The position numbers and the translations under genes were made by a program. A stretch of DNA of 64,000 nt. It comes from an uncultured Planctomycetia bacterium. Its GTDB lineage: Bacteria > Omnitrophota > Gorgyraeia > Duberdicusellales > 4484-171. The notes below the pieces were generated by a model. That model saw only the letters and a program-made list of their open reading frames with translations, searched no databases and was not told the origin of the DNA. Positions 27,161-37,829 of the stretch are shown one piece after another (the stretch's first letter is position 1; each line of letters opens with the position of its first letter). Location: contig CAZWON010000002.1 of the NCBI GenBank assembly GCA_964635565.1, forward strand, positions 14,936 to 78,935. The letters run 5' to 3'.

Positions 27161-28104
27161 TCAGAAATAGATATATATTCTTTATTTAGTCCCCGGTAAA
27201 TCTCTATCTTTTTAGGCTCAAGCTTTTTAGGCTCAAGGGGTTTTACCTCTACCTGGGGCAAAGTAGAATTTATATACTGAAAAAGAGTATCCCATCCTGC
27301 AGGAGGAAGAGGTTTTACTTTTGCATCGGCAGGAGAACGTAAAACCAGACGAATTCTTCCCTGTTCAACAACAAAAGACAATAAACTTGCCTCTTGAGGA
27401 GAAAGTGCCAAGGTAATCAAAGGATTTTTTTCTTCTTTTGTACTTCTTTGTTTTAACCGCAAACTCCATAAACCAGTCTTTCCTTTTTCTTTTTTTTCTA
27501 ATAACTTTTCTCCTACAGCTAAAACTAAAACTTTCTGAAAAAGGGGTATAGTAGTATTAGTAGTCTTAGTCCCTTCAGGAGTTTTAACAGGTAAAGGTAA
27601 AAGAGCAATAACATCAACATAGTCTCCTGGTTTAATCATTCCTACCAAACCACTTATATTATCCACACTAACCGTAATTGCTCTTTTACCTACAGGTGTT
27701 GCCATTGCCAAAGATTCCCCCCTTGCCATCGTGGGAGACATCAGTTTACTTAAAGTAATCTGTTCTCCCTTGTTTATAGCAACAACTGTTTTCATACCAA
27801 TTATTCTGTCTGCGGAAGTTACAGATTTAGGCTGGATATATTCATTAGGAATTACTTTCGTCTCAATCATACTCTGTACAATTTCTGCTCCGGCGGGTAT
27901 ATCTTTTTTAGCGACAATCACTGAGTTTAAATTTTTATATCTTTCCATAAATGTCTTCTTTAAATTATTATACATTTTATTCCTTTCTTCTTTTATATAA
28001 GTATTTATAAGAATAATTGCGCCTATACTTAAGATGATCCCTCCGCTTAAACTTAACATCTTTTTAGATATTCTTGGCCCCATTAAACCTCGCCTTTGTT
28101 TCAA
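27157..28104 (-). CDS. cpaB: CpaB/RcpC-like Flp pilus assembly protein (SAF domain).
   Basis: N-terminal TM segment, VIVAKKDIPAGAEIVQSMIE SAF-like, GMIKPGDYVDVIAL. Confidence 0.6.
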   Translation of the reverse strand: MKQRRGLMGPRISKKMLSLSGGIILSIGAIILINTYIKEERNKMYNNLKKTFMERYKNLNSVIVAKKDIPAGAEIVQSMIETKVIPNEYIQPKSVTSADRIIGMKTVVAINKGEQITLSKLMSPTMARGESLAMATPVGKRAITVSVDNISGLVGMIKPGDYVDVIALLPLPVKTPEGTKTTNTTIPLFQKVLVLAVGEKLLEKKEKGKTGLWSLRLKQRSTKEEKNPLITLALSPQEASLLSFVVEQGRIRLVLRSPADAKVKPLPPAGWDTLFQYINSTLPQVEVKPLEPKKLEPKKIEIYRGLNKEYISISE

Positions 28105-28125
28105 AAAGGAATATGTTAAGATATA

Positions 28126-29040
28126 TTACTGAATCTTATCTTCCATTATCTCTATTTTAGCATTTCTTGATAAATTACCCACAAGGTCATCTATTCTTTT
28201 CTGCTGTTTTATAAATGTCAAACCTCTCTTTATATCATCCCACATCTCGGAGAGAGTTTTTTGTTTTCCTCCTTTTTTACCCTCTACAGTAATAATATAA
28301 TACCCATCTGGCCCTTTAAATACACTGCTTATCCCCCCTACACTCAAAGCATCGGAAAAAGCTATCTCATCAAATTCTTTAAATTTTGTGCCTGGCTTAA
28401 TGAAGCCTAAATCCCCTCCTTTCTCAGCAGTAGGTGCCTTAGAGTACTGGCGGGCTAAAGAAGCAAAGTCCTCACCTTGCAATAACCTGATTAATAAATC
28501 TTTTGCTTGAGATTCACTAATAACTACTATTTCTCTTATCTTTCTTTCTTCTGGCTCTTTTAAATTTTCTTTAGCAACATTGTAATAATCCTTAATTTCT
28601 TGAGGAGTAACGTTTACTTTATCTGTTTCCTCCTTAACTAACTGGTAGACAAGCAGTTGCTGTTTAGTATTCTCCAATGCTTTTATCACCTCAGGATTCC
28701 TATCCAAACCTCTATCCAAGGCTTCTTGATAAAGAAGAATGCGCTTTATAACTTCATTTTTTAAATAATCTAATTTTTTTTCTCGTGTAGTTATTTTAAG
28801 CTCAGGTTTATCCTCAGGGACTGCATTATTATAACGGTCTATTTCCTCCTCTAAATCTTCTAAAGTAATGGGATAACCATTTACCTTAGCAATAACTGTT
28901 CCTGTAACAGGAAGTTTGGAAGTAAAGGGCTCTTTTTTGGACTCTGAGGCAGGTTTTTTACTGAATTTTAATTTATCACAGCTCACAAGAAAAAAACTAA
29001 TACAGACAATTAATCCTATTATAAAACTCCTCCCTTTCAT
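28126..29040 (-). CDS. Parvulin-type peptidyl-prolyl isomerase lipoprotein (PrsA/SurA-like).
   Basis: Lipobox LVSC. PPIC motif region QYSKAPTAEKGGDLGFIKPG. Confidence 0.6.
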   Translation of the reverse strand: MKGRSFIIGLIVCISFFLVSCDKLKFSKKPASESKKEPFTSKLPVTGTVIAKVNGYPITLEDLEEEIDRYNNAVPEDKPELKITTREKKLDYLKNEVIKRILLYQEALDRGLDRNPEVIKALENTKQQLLVYQLVKEETDKVNVTPQEIKDYYNVAKENLKEPEERKIREIVVISESQAKDLLIRLLQGEDFASLARQYSKAPTAEKGGDLGFIKPGTKFKEFDEIAFSDALSVGGISSVFKGPDGYYIITVEGKKGGKQKTLSEMWDDIKRGLTFIKQQKRIDDLVGNLSRNAKIEIMEDKIQ

Positions 29041-29188
29041 CTTGCCTCCTTTGGTTAATTAATTACAATTAAAAGAAATATCTATAAATTTAATACCATA
29101 ATATAGGGGAGTTTGCAAGGAAAAAATATTCAAAAAATAAGAAACTAAGAGGATATATTACGCGTAAGATATATTAAAATAAAAAAAC

Positions 29189-29261
29189 AGCCCCAACCGG
29201 ATTTGAACCGGTGCCTCGTGGCTGAGAACCACGCATCCTCAACCAGACTAGACGATGGGGC
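29189..29261 (-). tRNA. tRNA-Glu (anticodon CUC), CCA not encoded.
   Basis: Minus strand GCCCCATCGTCTAG...CGTGG-TTCTCAG-CCACG...GGTTCAAATCCGGTTGGGGC. Cloverleaf checked by eye. Confidence 0.6.
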
Positions 29262-29466
29262 CACCATAACTATTCCCTATAGCTTATCGAGGTATTATAT
29301 TATTCTATTTGTCTTCTGAAATATGTCAAACATAAATGTACAGCAGTTTGCCTCCCCAAAATTGATATAGCCTCTAAATAAATCTGTATTCTAAGCACTT
29401 AATTCTAAAAGAAAAATTTTCAACTTTCAATTTCTAATTTTTATTAAATTATCAATGAGACAATTT

Positions 29467-29648
29467 TTAATAGAAAGTGTAAAGCGAAAAGTGTAAAGTG
29501 CAAAACGCAAAGTTTAAAGTGAAAAGTTATAGGGAGTGCAAAGCGAAAAACTAAAAACAAACAAATTTAAAAATAAGAACTTTAAGTTTTGCGCTTTTCG
29601 CTTTGAGTTTTTAGTTTTACACTTTGCGTTTTGAGTTTTGAGTTTTTT
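29467..29648. repeat. Long imperfect nested hairpin of about 150 nt. Purine-rich left arm built from k-mer repeats (gtgtaaagcgaaaa / caaaacgcaaagt), complementary T-rich right arm.
   Basis: Left arm 29500-29552 pairs in nested fashion with right arm 29590-29640. Lies in a divergent intergenic region between tRNA-Glu and nfeD. Confidence 0.6.
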
Positions 29649-29982
29649 CAAATATTATTGTCTCAAGTATATTCTGGAAGTATATCCTCCCCTTCCTTTA
29701 CTAATACCTCAACTTTTTAGACACGGTCGTGGCTGAAAAGCTAAGGTATGTTCTGTTACTATTATTATGGTTTGGTTTGAATAGTTTTAATATCTAATAA
29801 GTTTTTTACAATATCTAAAATCTTTTGTTGAAGCTAGTGGTGTTTACTTCTCCGCCAAAATAATTGTGAGAGTAAAACAAAAAGTTAACCCTTTCCTTTC
29901 TCCCCTCTACTTTATCTCTTTCCTGACAGCCCTAAACAAAATTGTTTGATTTTTTAACTATTTCTGATAATATTAATAATAA

Positions 29983-31251
29983 ATGAAAAAAAAGCTTCTT
30001 TTTTTATTCTTCCTCTTTCCCTATCTTTGCTTGGCCCAAAAAATAGAAATTGCTACTATTAAAAACTATATAATCAATCCTGTAACGAGTGAATATATTA
30101 TAAGATGCTTAAAAAAAGCAGAAGAAGAAAAAGCCATATTTATTCTACAATTAGATACGCCAGGGGGACTACTGAAATCTACAGAAAAAATTGTAAAATC
30201 ATTTCTTAATTCTTCTGCTCCCGTTGTTACTTATATAACCCCCAGCGGTGGACGCGCTGCAAGCGCAGGTGTCTTTATAAGTTATGCTTCTCATATAATC
30301 GCTATGAGTCCAGCAACTCACATTGGAGCAGCCCATCCTATAATTGGAGGAGGTAGCTGGGGTAAGTTAAGTAAAGAAATGAAAGATAAAATTCTGAATG
30401 ACACTGTAACATGGGCAAAAACCATTGCTGAAAAAAGAAAACGGCCTATAAACTTTATTAAAAATGCTATAAAAAAAAGTATCTCTGTTACGGACAAAGA
30501 AGCAGTAAAACAAAAAATATGTGATATTGTTGCCTTGGATTTAAATGATTTAGTCAAAAAACTTAACGGAAAAACTGTAGTCACCAAAAAAGGTAAAATT
30601 ACCCTTAAAACATCTAAAACCAACATAGAAAAGATTCCTTTTAAACTTCGCGAAAGGGTATTAAATGCCATTATCGATCCTAATATTGCTTATCTTCTTT
30701 TTACCCTTGGTTTTTTGGGGTTAATTTTTGAAATAACTCATCCCGGCTTTGGTTTTCCGGGAATTGCAGGAACTATATGTCTTCTGCTTTCCTTTTATGC
30801 TTTCAGTATTCTTCCTCTAAATTATGCGGGATTAGCGTTGATAATCTTAGGAATTATTTTCCTTATCGTAGAAACCTTTACCCCCACTTTTGGGATGTTT
30901 ACTCTGGGGGGGATAATTGCTCTTTTCTTTGGGTCAATGATGCTTTTTAATCAACCACTTCTTTTAAAAGTATCTTTTAAAGTTTTTCTTCCTTTAATAA
31001 TATTTTTTTCTGTAGTTGTTCTTTTTATTGTAAGTAAAGCAGCCTCTATCTACCGCCGGAAATCAAAAACAGGAAAGGATGGCTTAACAGGAGAAGAAGG
31101 TATAGCTTTAACAGATATATACAGAAAGGGGAAAGTAAGTATCCATGGAGAAATATGGAACGCCTATTCTGACACCAAAATATCTAAAAATGCAGAAGTT
31201 ATAGTAGAAAAAATTAAAGGTCTTTTGCTTAAAGTAAAAGAAAGGAGGTAA
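29983..31251 (+). CDS. NfeD-family membrane-bound ClpP-class serine protease.
   Basis: [32 protein letters not shown]. Followed by a stomatin gene, the classic pairing. Confidence 0.75.
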   Translation: MKKKLLFLFFLFPYLCLAQKIEIATIKNYIINPVTSEYIIRCLKKAEEEKAIFILQLDTPGGLLKSTEKIVKSFLNSSAPVVTYITPSGGRAASAGVFISYASHIIAMSPATHIGAAHPIIGGGSWGKLSKEMKDKILNDTVTWAKTIAEKRKRPINFIKNAIKKSISVTDKEAVKQKICDIVALDLNDLVKKLNGKTVVTKKGKITLKTSKTNIEKIPFKLRERVLNAIIDPNIAYLLFTLGFLGLIFEITHPGFGFPGIAGTICLLLSFYAFSILPLNYAGLALIILGIIFLIVETFTPTFGMFTLGGIIALFFGSMMLFNQPLLLKVSFKVFLPLIIFFSVVVLFIVSKAASIYRRKSKTGKDGLTGEEGIALTDIYRKGKVSIHGEIWNAYSDTKISKNAEVIVEKIKGLLLKVKERR

Positions 31252-31252
31252 T

Positions 31253-31999
31253 ATGAGTTTATTTACTATTATAATCCTTATCATTATGTATCTTTTTCAA
31301 TGTATAAAAATAATCCAGGAATATGAAAGGGCAGTAATCTTTCGGTTAGGAAGGGTTCTATCTGAACCAAAAGGGCCGGGTATATTCTTTATTCTCTGGC
31401 CTATAGATAAGATGGTTAAACTTTCTCTTCGCACCATAACTCTGGATGTCCCCCCTCAAGATATTATAACTAAAGACAATGTCTCAGTGAAAGTAAATGC
31501 TGTCGTCTATTATAGAGTCCTGGATCCTATAAAAGCAGTTATTGAAATAGAAAACTACAACTTTGCTACTTCTCAAATTTCTCAAACAACTTTGCGAAGT
31601 GTAATTGGACAGGTAGAACTTGACGAACTCCTTTCCAATCGAGAAAAAATTAATTCTGCTTTACAGGAAATAATTGATAAACAGACCGACCCCTGGGGAA
31701 TAAAAGTTTCTATGGTAGAAATAAAGCATGTCGACCTTCCTGAAGAAATGCGTCGGGCAATGGCACGCCAAGCAGAGGCTGAGAGGGAAAGACGGGCAAA
31801 AGTTATCGCTGCTGAAGGAGAACAGCAAGCAGCAGGAAAATTAAGAGAAGCAGCAGAAACCATTGCTAAACATCCCATGGCTTTACAAATGCGTTATCTG
31901 CAAACATTAGTAGAAGTATCTTCAGAAAAATCTTCTATTTTAATTGTACCTGTACCTATTGATTTGTTTAAAGTTTTTATGGAAAAAAATAAATCTTAA
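31253..31999 (+). CDS. SPFH/band-7 stomatin-like protein.
   Basis: [26 protein letters not shown]...[21 protein letters not shown]. Confidence 0.8.
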   Translation: MSLFTIIILIIMYLFQCIKIIQEYERAVIFRLGRVLSEPKGPGIFFILWPIDKMVKLSLRTITLDVPPQDIITKDNVSVKVNAVVYYRVLDPIKAVIEIENYNFATSQISQTTLRSVIGQVELDELLSNREKINSALQEIIDKQTDPWGIKVSMVEIKHVDLPEEMRRAMARQAEAERERRAKVIAAEGEQQAAGKLREAAETIAKHPMALQMRYLQTLVEVSSEKSSILIVPVPIDLFKVFMEKNKS

Positions 32000-32025
32000 G
32001 CTAATTCTTCAAAATTAGCCTCCCT

Positions 32026-33177
32026 ATGGGAAAAGAAAAACTTGCTATAGCATTTAGTCAGAATTATGACACGGACAGTGCTATAAAAATGATTTCAAGA
32101 AACATAAAATCTTCTCTTGGCACTCAACCAATTTCTTTAGCTCTATTGTTCTTTACTCCTCGATATCAACCAATGTTCATAAAGGAAACATTAAGTATTA
32201 CATTAAAATCAGAGAATATCTTTGCTATCCAATCTCCCCTTCTTATCTTCCAGAATAAAATAATCAAAAGAGGGATTGTCTGTTGTTGTTTAACCAAAAA
32301 TAACATTTCTGTAAAAAGCTCCTTTATCAAGAAAACAGATGTTACAGATGTTGAGTTTCTTTTTAAGAAAAATATTATCTCTCTTAAAGAAAAACAGCGC
32401 TTCCTTATTTCCTCTTTAGGGCCCCAAATTAATGTTTATAATTACCTAAGGGGGTTATCGCTGGCTGTAGGGAGGAATTTCAATGTTTTTGGTGCGGGGT
32501 TTTTAAAAAAATACGGGATAAAAAACTTCTTAGTAGTAAATAATACAATTGAAGAAGGACTGGGGAGTATAATTCTGGGAGGGAAATTTAATATTGATAA
32601 TATAAAGGTTGGAGGATTTATCCCTTTAGGAAAAAAATTTACTATAACAAAGGTTGCTTTAGAAAAAAACAGAATTATCGAAATAGATAAAAAACCTGCA
32701 GGTTTAATATATAAGAAATATCTTGGAGATAAATTTGATTTATTTAAAAAAACATCGATGTGTTCTTTTTATCCTATAGGCATAAAGAATAATGGAAATT
32801 ACAATTTAATTCATATTATTGATATTCTACGAGATGACTCTCTCTTTTGTATAGGTAATATAAAGGAAAAAACGGAAGCTCATATTATGATAGCTACACA
32901 GGAGACTTTACTAAAAGAAGTAAAAAATGCAGTGCGCTACATAAAAAATGATTTTGATTATGACGTTGCTATCATCTTCAATTCTTTAGCAAGAAGAAAA
33001 ATATTAAAAAATAATGCTGATAAAGAAATACAAAATTTAAAAGGAATTCTTGGAGAGAAAACAAAAGTAATTGGCCTGTACTGTGATTATCAGATTTTTC
33101 CCAGTGATTATATAAAAGAATTCACTATAGGAAACTATTTCCTTAGTATGATATTATTAAAATATGGGGATTATTAA
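32026..33177 (+). CDS. Putative FIST-domain sensory protein (tentative).
   Basis: About 380 aa and soluble, immediately upstream of a histidine kinase and a REC-GGDEF regulator. The domain call is by length and context only. Confidence 0.3.
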   Translation: MGKEKLAIAFSQNYDTDSAIKMISRNIKSSLGTQPISLALLFFTPRYQPMFIKETLSITLKSENIFAIQSPLLIFQNKIIKRGIVCCCLTKNNISVKSSFIKKTDVTDVEFLFKKNIISLKEKQRFLISSLGPQINVYNYLRGLSLAVGRNFNVFGAGFLKKYGIKNFLVVNNTIEEGLGSIILGGKFNIDNIKVGGFIPLGKKFTITKVALEKNRIIEIDKKPAGLIYKKYLGDKFDLFKKTSMCSFYPIGIKNNGNYNLIHIIDILRDDSLFCIGNIKEKTEAHIMIATQETLLKEVKNAVRYIKNDFDYDVAIIFNSLARRKILKNNADKEIQNLKGILGEKTKVIGLYCDYQIFPSDYIKEFTIGNYFLSMILLKYGDY

Positions 33178-34642
33178 ACTTATTTTACAATTAAATCCTT
33201 ATATACTATTAGGATGTGCTCTGGGTATAATAATTTTTCTTGTTTTTTATTTACTCTCAAAATTACAAAAAATAAAATTATTGAACGACAATATTTCACA
33301 GCTCTATAGAGAACTACAAGAATTAGATAACCAAGCAAAACTCATTATTCAAAGTGATATGGAGTTAAAGCTTTATCAAGAAGATGTAGAAGATAAGTTA
33401 AAAAAATTAACACTCCTTCGAACATTAATAAGTTCCTCTATTAGCATTCTTGATGAAGAAGAACTTTTTTCTAAAATTGATGAAGAATTAATTAATAACC
33501 TGGGATTCAAAAAATCTCTCCTTATTTTATACCCCACTAAAGAGACAAAACTCAATATAAATTTTACCTCCTCTCAAATAGAGGGGTTTAAAGATTTAAT
33601 AACTCATTCTTTTGAGTTAATAAAAACTTCCTCTGTAACTTCATATAAAACATTCGTCCACAAAGAAGAATTAAAAGAGTCCTTGGGGGAAATCGTAAAT
33701 CAAGATTTTCTCCTTGCACCTATCCGAATGGGAAAAAATATATATGGAATATTTATTCTTGCTAATTGTATTCTCCCCCGGGGGGTAACTGCAGCGGAAG
33801 AAGAAATCTTTTACATTATATGTATGTATTTAGGTCAGTGTCTTGACAATATAAAGCTATTTGAATCGCTTTATAAAGCAAGTGAAGAACTTGAAAGTAA
33901 AGTAAAAGAAAAGACATTTCAGCTTAAAAAAAGCTTAGACGAAATAAAAGCAATTAGCAAATTGAAGTCAGAATTTATTTCCGGCGTATCCCATGAATTG
34001 CGAACGCCTCTTACCTCTATAAAAGGATTTTCTAGTCTTTTGGTAGCAGAAAAATTTGGCACGCTTCCTGAAGAAGCAAAAGAAAGACTGAAAAAAATAG
34101 ACACCAATGTAGATAAATTAGTTAATATGGTAAATACACTTTTAGATATTTCGAGGATAGAATCTAAAAAGGTAGAAATAAAAATTACTCCTACTAATAT
34201 CGTCAAAATCATAAAAGATGTAAAAGACTTCTTTATGCCTCAAGTAAATAGTAAGAATATAAACCTTGTTCTTAATACCCCTAATTATCTTGATGTTTAT
34301 GCTGATAATAATCTTATTGAAAGAGTATTTATAAATATAATCAATAATGCTATAAAATTTACTCCCCAAGGAGGAACAATTACTGTAGGATGTACCCCAA
34401 AAGACACTCATGCTTTAATATCTGTAAGCGATACAGGTTGTGGTATGACAAAAGTTGACTGTGAAAAAATATTCCAAGAATTTTACCGGGCAGATAATGC
34501 TTTGAATAAAAAAGTTCAGGGTACAGGACTGGGTCTTTCTCTAGTAAAAAAAATAATAGATACTCACGGAGAAAATATATGGGTAGAATCAGAACTCAAT
34601 AAAGGAACTACTTTTTACTTCACCCTAAAATTAGTAAAGTAA
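33164..34642 (+). CDS. Sensor histidine kinase (TM, GAF-like, HisKA, HATPase_c).
   Basis: H-box ISGVSHELRTPLTSIKGF. G2 box GTGLGLSLVKKII. Confidence 0.8.
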   Translation: MGIIKLILQLNPYILLGCALGIIIFLVFYLLSKLQKIKLLNDNISQLYRELQELDNQAKLIIQSDMELKLYQEDVEDKLKKLTLLRTLISSSISILDEEELFSKIDEELINNLGFKKSLLILYPTKETKLNINFTSSQIEGFKDLITHSFELIKTSSVTSYKTFVHKEELKESLGEIVNQDFLLAPIRMGKNIYGIFILANCILPRGVTAAEEEIFYIICMYLGQCLDNIKLFESLYKASEELESKVKEKTFQLKKSLDEIKAISKLKSEFISGVSHELRTPLTSIKGFSSLLVAEKFGTLPEEAKERLKKIDTNVDKLVNMVNTLLDISRIESKKVEIKITPTNIVKIIKDVKDFFMPQVNSKNINLVLNTPNYLDVYADNNLIERVFINIINNAIKFTPQGGTITVGCTPKDTHALISVSDTGCGMTKVDCEKIFQEFYRADNALNKKVQGTGLGLSLVKKIIDTHGENIWVESELNKGTTFYFTLKLVK

Positions 34643-34653
34643 ATTGCACAAAT

Positions 34654-35583
34654 ATGGATAAAATAAAAATATTAGCTGTTGATGATGATCCAGATATTCT
34701 TGAGCTTTTAGAAATTACTTTAGAAGAGGATTTTGAAGTAATAAAAGCCTCTACAGGAAAAGAGGCGCTTGATAAAATAGAAAAAGAAAAACCCAATATT
34801 CTGATTTTGGACTATATGCTTCCTGATATAACTGGAGTAAAACTATGTCAACAGCTTAGAAGTAATCCTTTATTTTTACACCTTCCTATTTTAATGCTTA
34901 CAGGAAAAGGAGAAGTAGAAGATAAGGTGGCTGGTCTTGGTGCAGGTGCAGACGATTATATGGTAAAACCTTTCTCTCCCCCTGAATTAACCGCGCGCAT
35001 TCAGATGCTTATAAGACGTTCTACAATTAGCTTAGATGCCAACCCTTTAACTCGCCTACCTGGCAATGTCTCTATAAACAATGAATTAACTAAACGTCTC
35101 AAAAATAAAGAAAAATTTGCTGTACTTTATATTGACCTCGATAATTTTAAGGCTTTAAATGATTATTATGGTTTTGAACGAGGAGATGAGGTTATTAAAG
35201 AAACGTCTCAAATAATAATCAAGAGCGTGCAAAAAGAAGGGACAGTAAATGACTTTATTGGACATGTAGGGGGGGACGACTTTGTTATCATTACTTCACC
35301 ATCCTATGGAGAAAAAATTGCTAAAATGATAATAAATAACTTTGATAAAATTGTACCGCAGTTCTATGATGAAAAAGACAGAATAAAAGGGTATATTGAG
35401 ACTGCGGATAGAAGTGGCTTTCAGAGAAAATTCCCTTTTGTTACTATTTCTATTGGCATTATAACTAATCTTTCTAAAAAATTTACTCATATTGCAGAAA
35501 TAAGCTCTATAGGGGCGGAATTAAAGGAAGCAGCAAAAAGAATACCCCACAGTAATTATGTTATAGACCGTAGAACTTCATGA
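34654..35583 (+). CDS. Response regulator with REC domain and GGDEF-like domain (motif GGDDF).
   Basis: LAVDDDPDILE...LDYMLPDITG...DDYMVKPF for REC. C-terminus FIGHVGGDDFVIIT. Confidence 0.75.
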   Translation: MDKIKILAVDDDPDILELLEITLEEDFEVIKASTGKEALDKIEKEKPNILILDYMLPDITGVKLCQQLRSNPLFLHLPILMLTGKGEVEDKVAGLGAGADDYMVKPFSPPELTARIQMLIRRSTISLDANPLTRLPGNVSINNELTKRLKNKEKFAVLYIDLDNFKALNDYYGFERGDEVIKETSQIIIKSVQKEGTVNDFIGHVGGDDFVIITSPSYGEKIAKMIINNFDKIVPQFYDEKDRIKGYIETADRSGFQRKFPFVTISIGIITNLSKKFTHIAEISSIGAELKEAAKRIPHSNYVIDRRTS

Positions 35584-35939
35584 AATACGCGATACAATCC
35601 TCAGCTTAAAAAGTCACCAAGATACAAGAACATATTTATTAGCATGTATTTCTTAGCAAGGAGTCAATAAATCGAGAGTCAATAAGCCTTTGATTAAATA
35701 TTGTGTAAAAAAAGCCTCTTCCCTTAATCCGATACATCAATATTTTGAACACGGTCGTGGATTAAAAGTTGATGCTTATTTAGGATGGATATTTAACTAT
35801 TTCTTTTTATTTTCTTTTTTTATTTCCTCTTTTATTTCCTCTTTAAGTGTGTTTTTCTCTAAGTGTGTTTTTTACTAAACTTCTTGAATCTAATCATAAG
35901 AAAATGCTAGCTATACCCTAATCACTACGCTCTATACCT

Positions 35940-36431
35940 TCAAGAAGAATACTTTTCTAAATCATTAAAATTATAATAAACATCAAACTCAGAAATATCC
36001 TCATCTTCTAAGGAAAGCTCCATTTCTACCTGAAGAATTTCCATACTTAAGTTTGAAGTAGGCGTCTTTTTATACTTTACTGTTGGTAAAAGCAGTAAAA
36101 AAATAATTATCCCTGCAATAACAGAAGCAACCTTATAACGGAAAATAATTCCATACCATAGACCATTAAAAAAATACCCTACTTTCTCTCTCAAATTTTC
36201 TCCTTTCTCATCTGTAAGCCTCGCTCTTACTGCTTTTATTAGAGCTTCGATTTCTAAAGAAGAAATTTCTTTTTTTTGTATTTTTAATGTAGAGAAAAAC
36301 TTCTTGCTCTCTTCATATAGCCTAAAACAACGCCCACATTCCTTTAAATGATTTTCTATTTCTCTTTTTTGTTTTTCTGCTATTTCCCCATAGCAAAAAA
36401 GAACCATTTCTTTCTTAGATATACAGCGCAT
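35940..36431 (-). CDS. Anti-sigma factor (zf-HC2, single TM).
   Basis: HLKECGRCFRLYEE. Overlaps the ECF sigma gene. Confidence 0.6.
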   Translation of the reverse strand: MRCISKKEMVLFCYGEIAEKQKREIENHLKECGRCFRLYEESKKFFSTLKIQKKEISSLEIEALIKAVRARLTDEKGENLREKVGYFFNGLWYGIIFRYKVASVIAGIIIFLLLLPTVKYKKTPTSNLSMEILQVEMELSLEDEDISEFDVYYNFNDLEKYSS

Positions 36432-36978
36432 TTTTACCTCCTATAATTTTTTTCAAATTTTCTACAGCTCGGTAAAGATAGGTTTTTACACTGCTTTCTG
36501 AACACCCTAAAACTTTGCTTATTTCGTTTATCTTAAGCCCCTCAAAATGTTTAAAGATAATTACTTCTTTTTGCCGAGAAGGAAGTCTTTCTAATGCTTC
36601 CTCAATAAGCACTTTTTTATCCCTTCTTACAATTTCATCTTTTATGTTTTGAGTAGCTTTTCTATCTTTAGTTATACCTTCTTTAAAAGAAATAACCTTT
36701 CTTTTACGACGGATAAAATCTATAGATGTGTTAATCACTATACGGTAAATCCACGTCGAAATATTTGCTTCTTGTCGGAACCCTTTTAACTTTCTGTAAA
36801 GCTTAATAAGTACTTCCTGAGCAATGTCCTTCGCATCTTCAATATTGCCTACATAATAGCAGGCAATATTTACCACATCAGAAGCAATGAGGCGGACAAG
36901 AGAATCGAAACTATTCTCTTTTCCACCGAGGAACTTTTCTACACACTGTCTAATTTCTCCTTCTTTATGGGCAAGCAT
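36415..36978 (-). CDS. ECF-type RNA polymerase sigma factor.
   Basis: Region 2 and region 4 motifs: DIAQEVLIKLYRKL...TWIYRIVINTSIDFIRRKRK...LKINEISKVLGCSESSVKTYLYRA. Confidence 0.75.
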   Translation of the reverse strand: MLAHKEGEIRQCVEKFLGGKENSFDSLVRLIASDVVNIACYYVGNIEDAKDIAQEVLIKLYRKLKGFRQEANISTWIYRIVINTSIDFIRRKRKVISFKEGITKDRKATQNIKDEIVRRDKKVLIEEALERLPSRQKEVIIFKHFEGLKINEISKVLGCSESSVKTYLYRAVENLKKIIGGKNALYI

Positions 36979-37041
36979 TTCTCTAAATTCCTCTCAAAGA
37001 ACATACTTAAACTGTCTACAATTTTTCATTATCACCTTCCT

Positions 37042-37713
37042 CTATTTTTCTTTTTGCCATCTTTTCTTTAAATAATCATACTTTTGAGGGTTATTCTCTT
37101 TAAACTTTTGCCTTCTCTCTTCTATTCTTTTTTTGATTACTGCGCACTTTTCAGGGTCGTTCTTACAGATATATTCTAAACGCCGTCTTGCTATCTTTCT
37201 TCTATGAGCAATTATTTTTTTAAATTTTTCAGGATCAGTCTCACGTAACTTCTCCAGCCTCTTCCTTACCCTTTCTCTATGTTGGGTCATAATCTCTTTA
37301 AACTTCTCGGGATCATTTTTCCGCAACTCCTCAAGACGCTTCCTTATTCGTATACGTGCACGCATAACAATCTCCTTAAATTTTTCGGGATCAGTCTTAC
37401 GTAGCTCCTTTAAATAATCTCTACGTGCTTTTATCCTCTCTTTAATAACTTTTTTGAACTTCTCAGGGTTTGTCTTTTTAAGTTTAAGCAATTGTTCCTT
37501 CTCCTCATCAGATAAACTTTCAAAGAGAATTTCTCTACCTACACCCCAACCTATACCTTGCTTCTTATGAGATGAAGCGGTTAGGTGTAAAGGAGATGTT
37601 GTTTCCTGCCAAGCATCTTTTTGGGCATAGACTACCTGATAACCCCCCTTAAAGAAAAAACTCATTGCTACTACTAAACCCAAACAAACTATTGTCTTTT
37701 TCATTACTCTCAC
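37042..37713 (-). CDS. Secreted basic repeat protein with 5-6 repeats of about 30 aa built around NDPEKFKEI...RKRLEELRK. First gene of the ECF sigma operon.
   Basis: Signal peptide MKKTIVCLGLVVAMSFF. Repeats seen directly. Confidence 0.5.
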   Translation of the reverse strand: MRVMKKTIVCLGLVVAMSFFFKGGYQVVYAQKDAWQETTSPLHLTASSHKKQGIGWGVGREILFESLSDEEKEQLLKLKKTNPEKFKKVIKERIKARRDYLKELRKTDPEKFKEIVMRARIRIRKRLEELRKNDPEKFKEIMTQHRERVRKRLEKLRETDPEKFKKIIAHRRKIARRRLEYICKNDPEKCAVIKKRIEERRQKFKENNPQKYDYLKKRWQKEK

Positions 37714-37829
37714 CTCCTTCGTCTAATTAGACGAAGAAAAGAATAAAAAAGTCTACACATAGAAGAAAACAATATAATAAAATCCCCTTAAACTAAATGG
37801 GAAATTTATCAATTTATCTCTGTAGATTT

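Noticed and set aside
35584-35940. Direct repeats (ttttatttcctc x2, taagtgtgttttt x2) and a 62-aa plus-strand ORF between the GGDEF regulator gene and the anti-sigma gene.
   Set aside because: Low-complexity AT-rich convergent intergenic region. The ORF has no RBS or homology. Probably terminator or spacer only.
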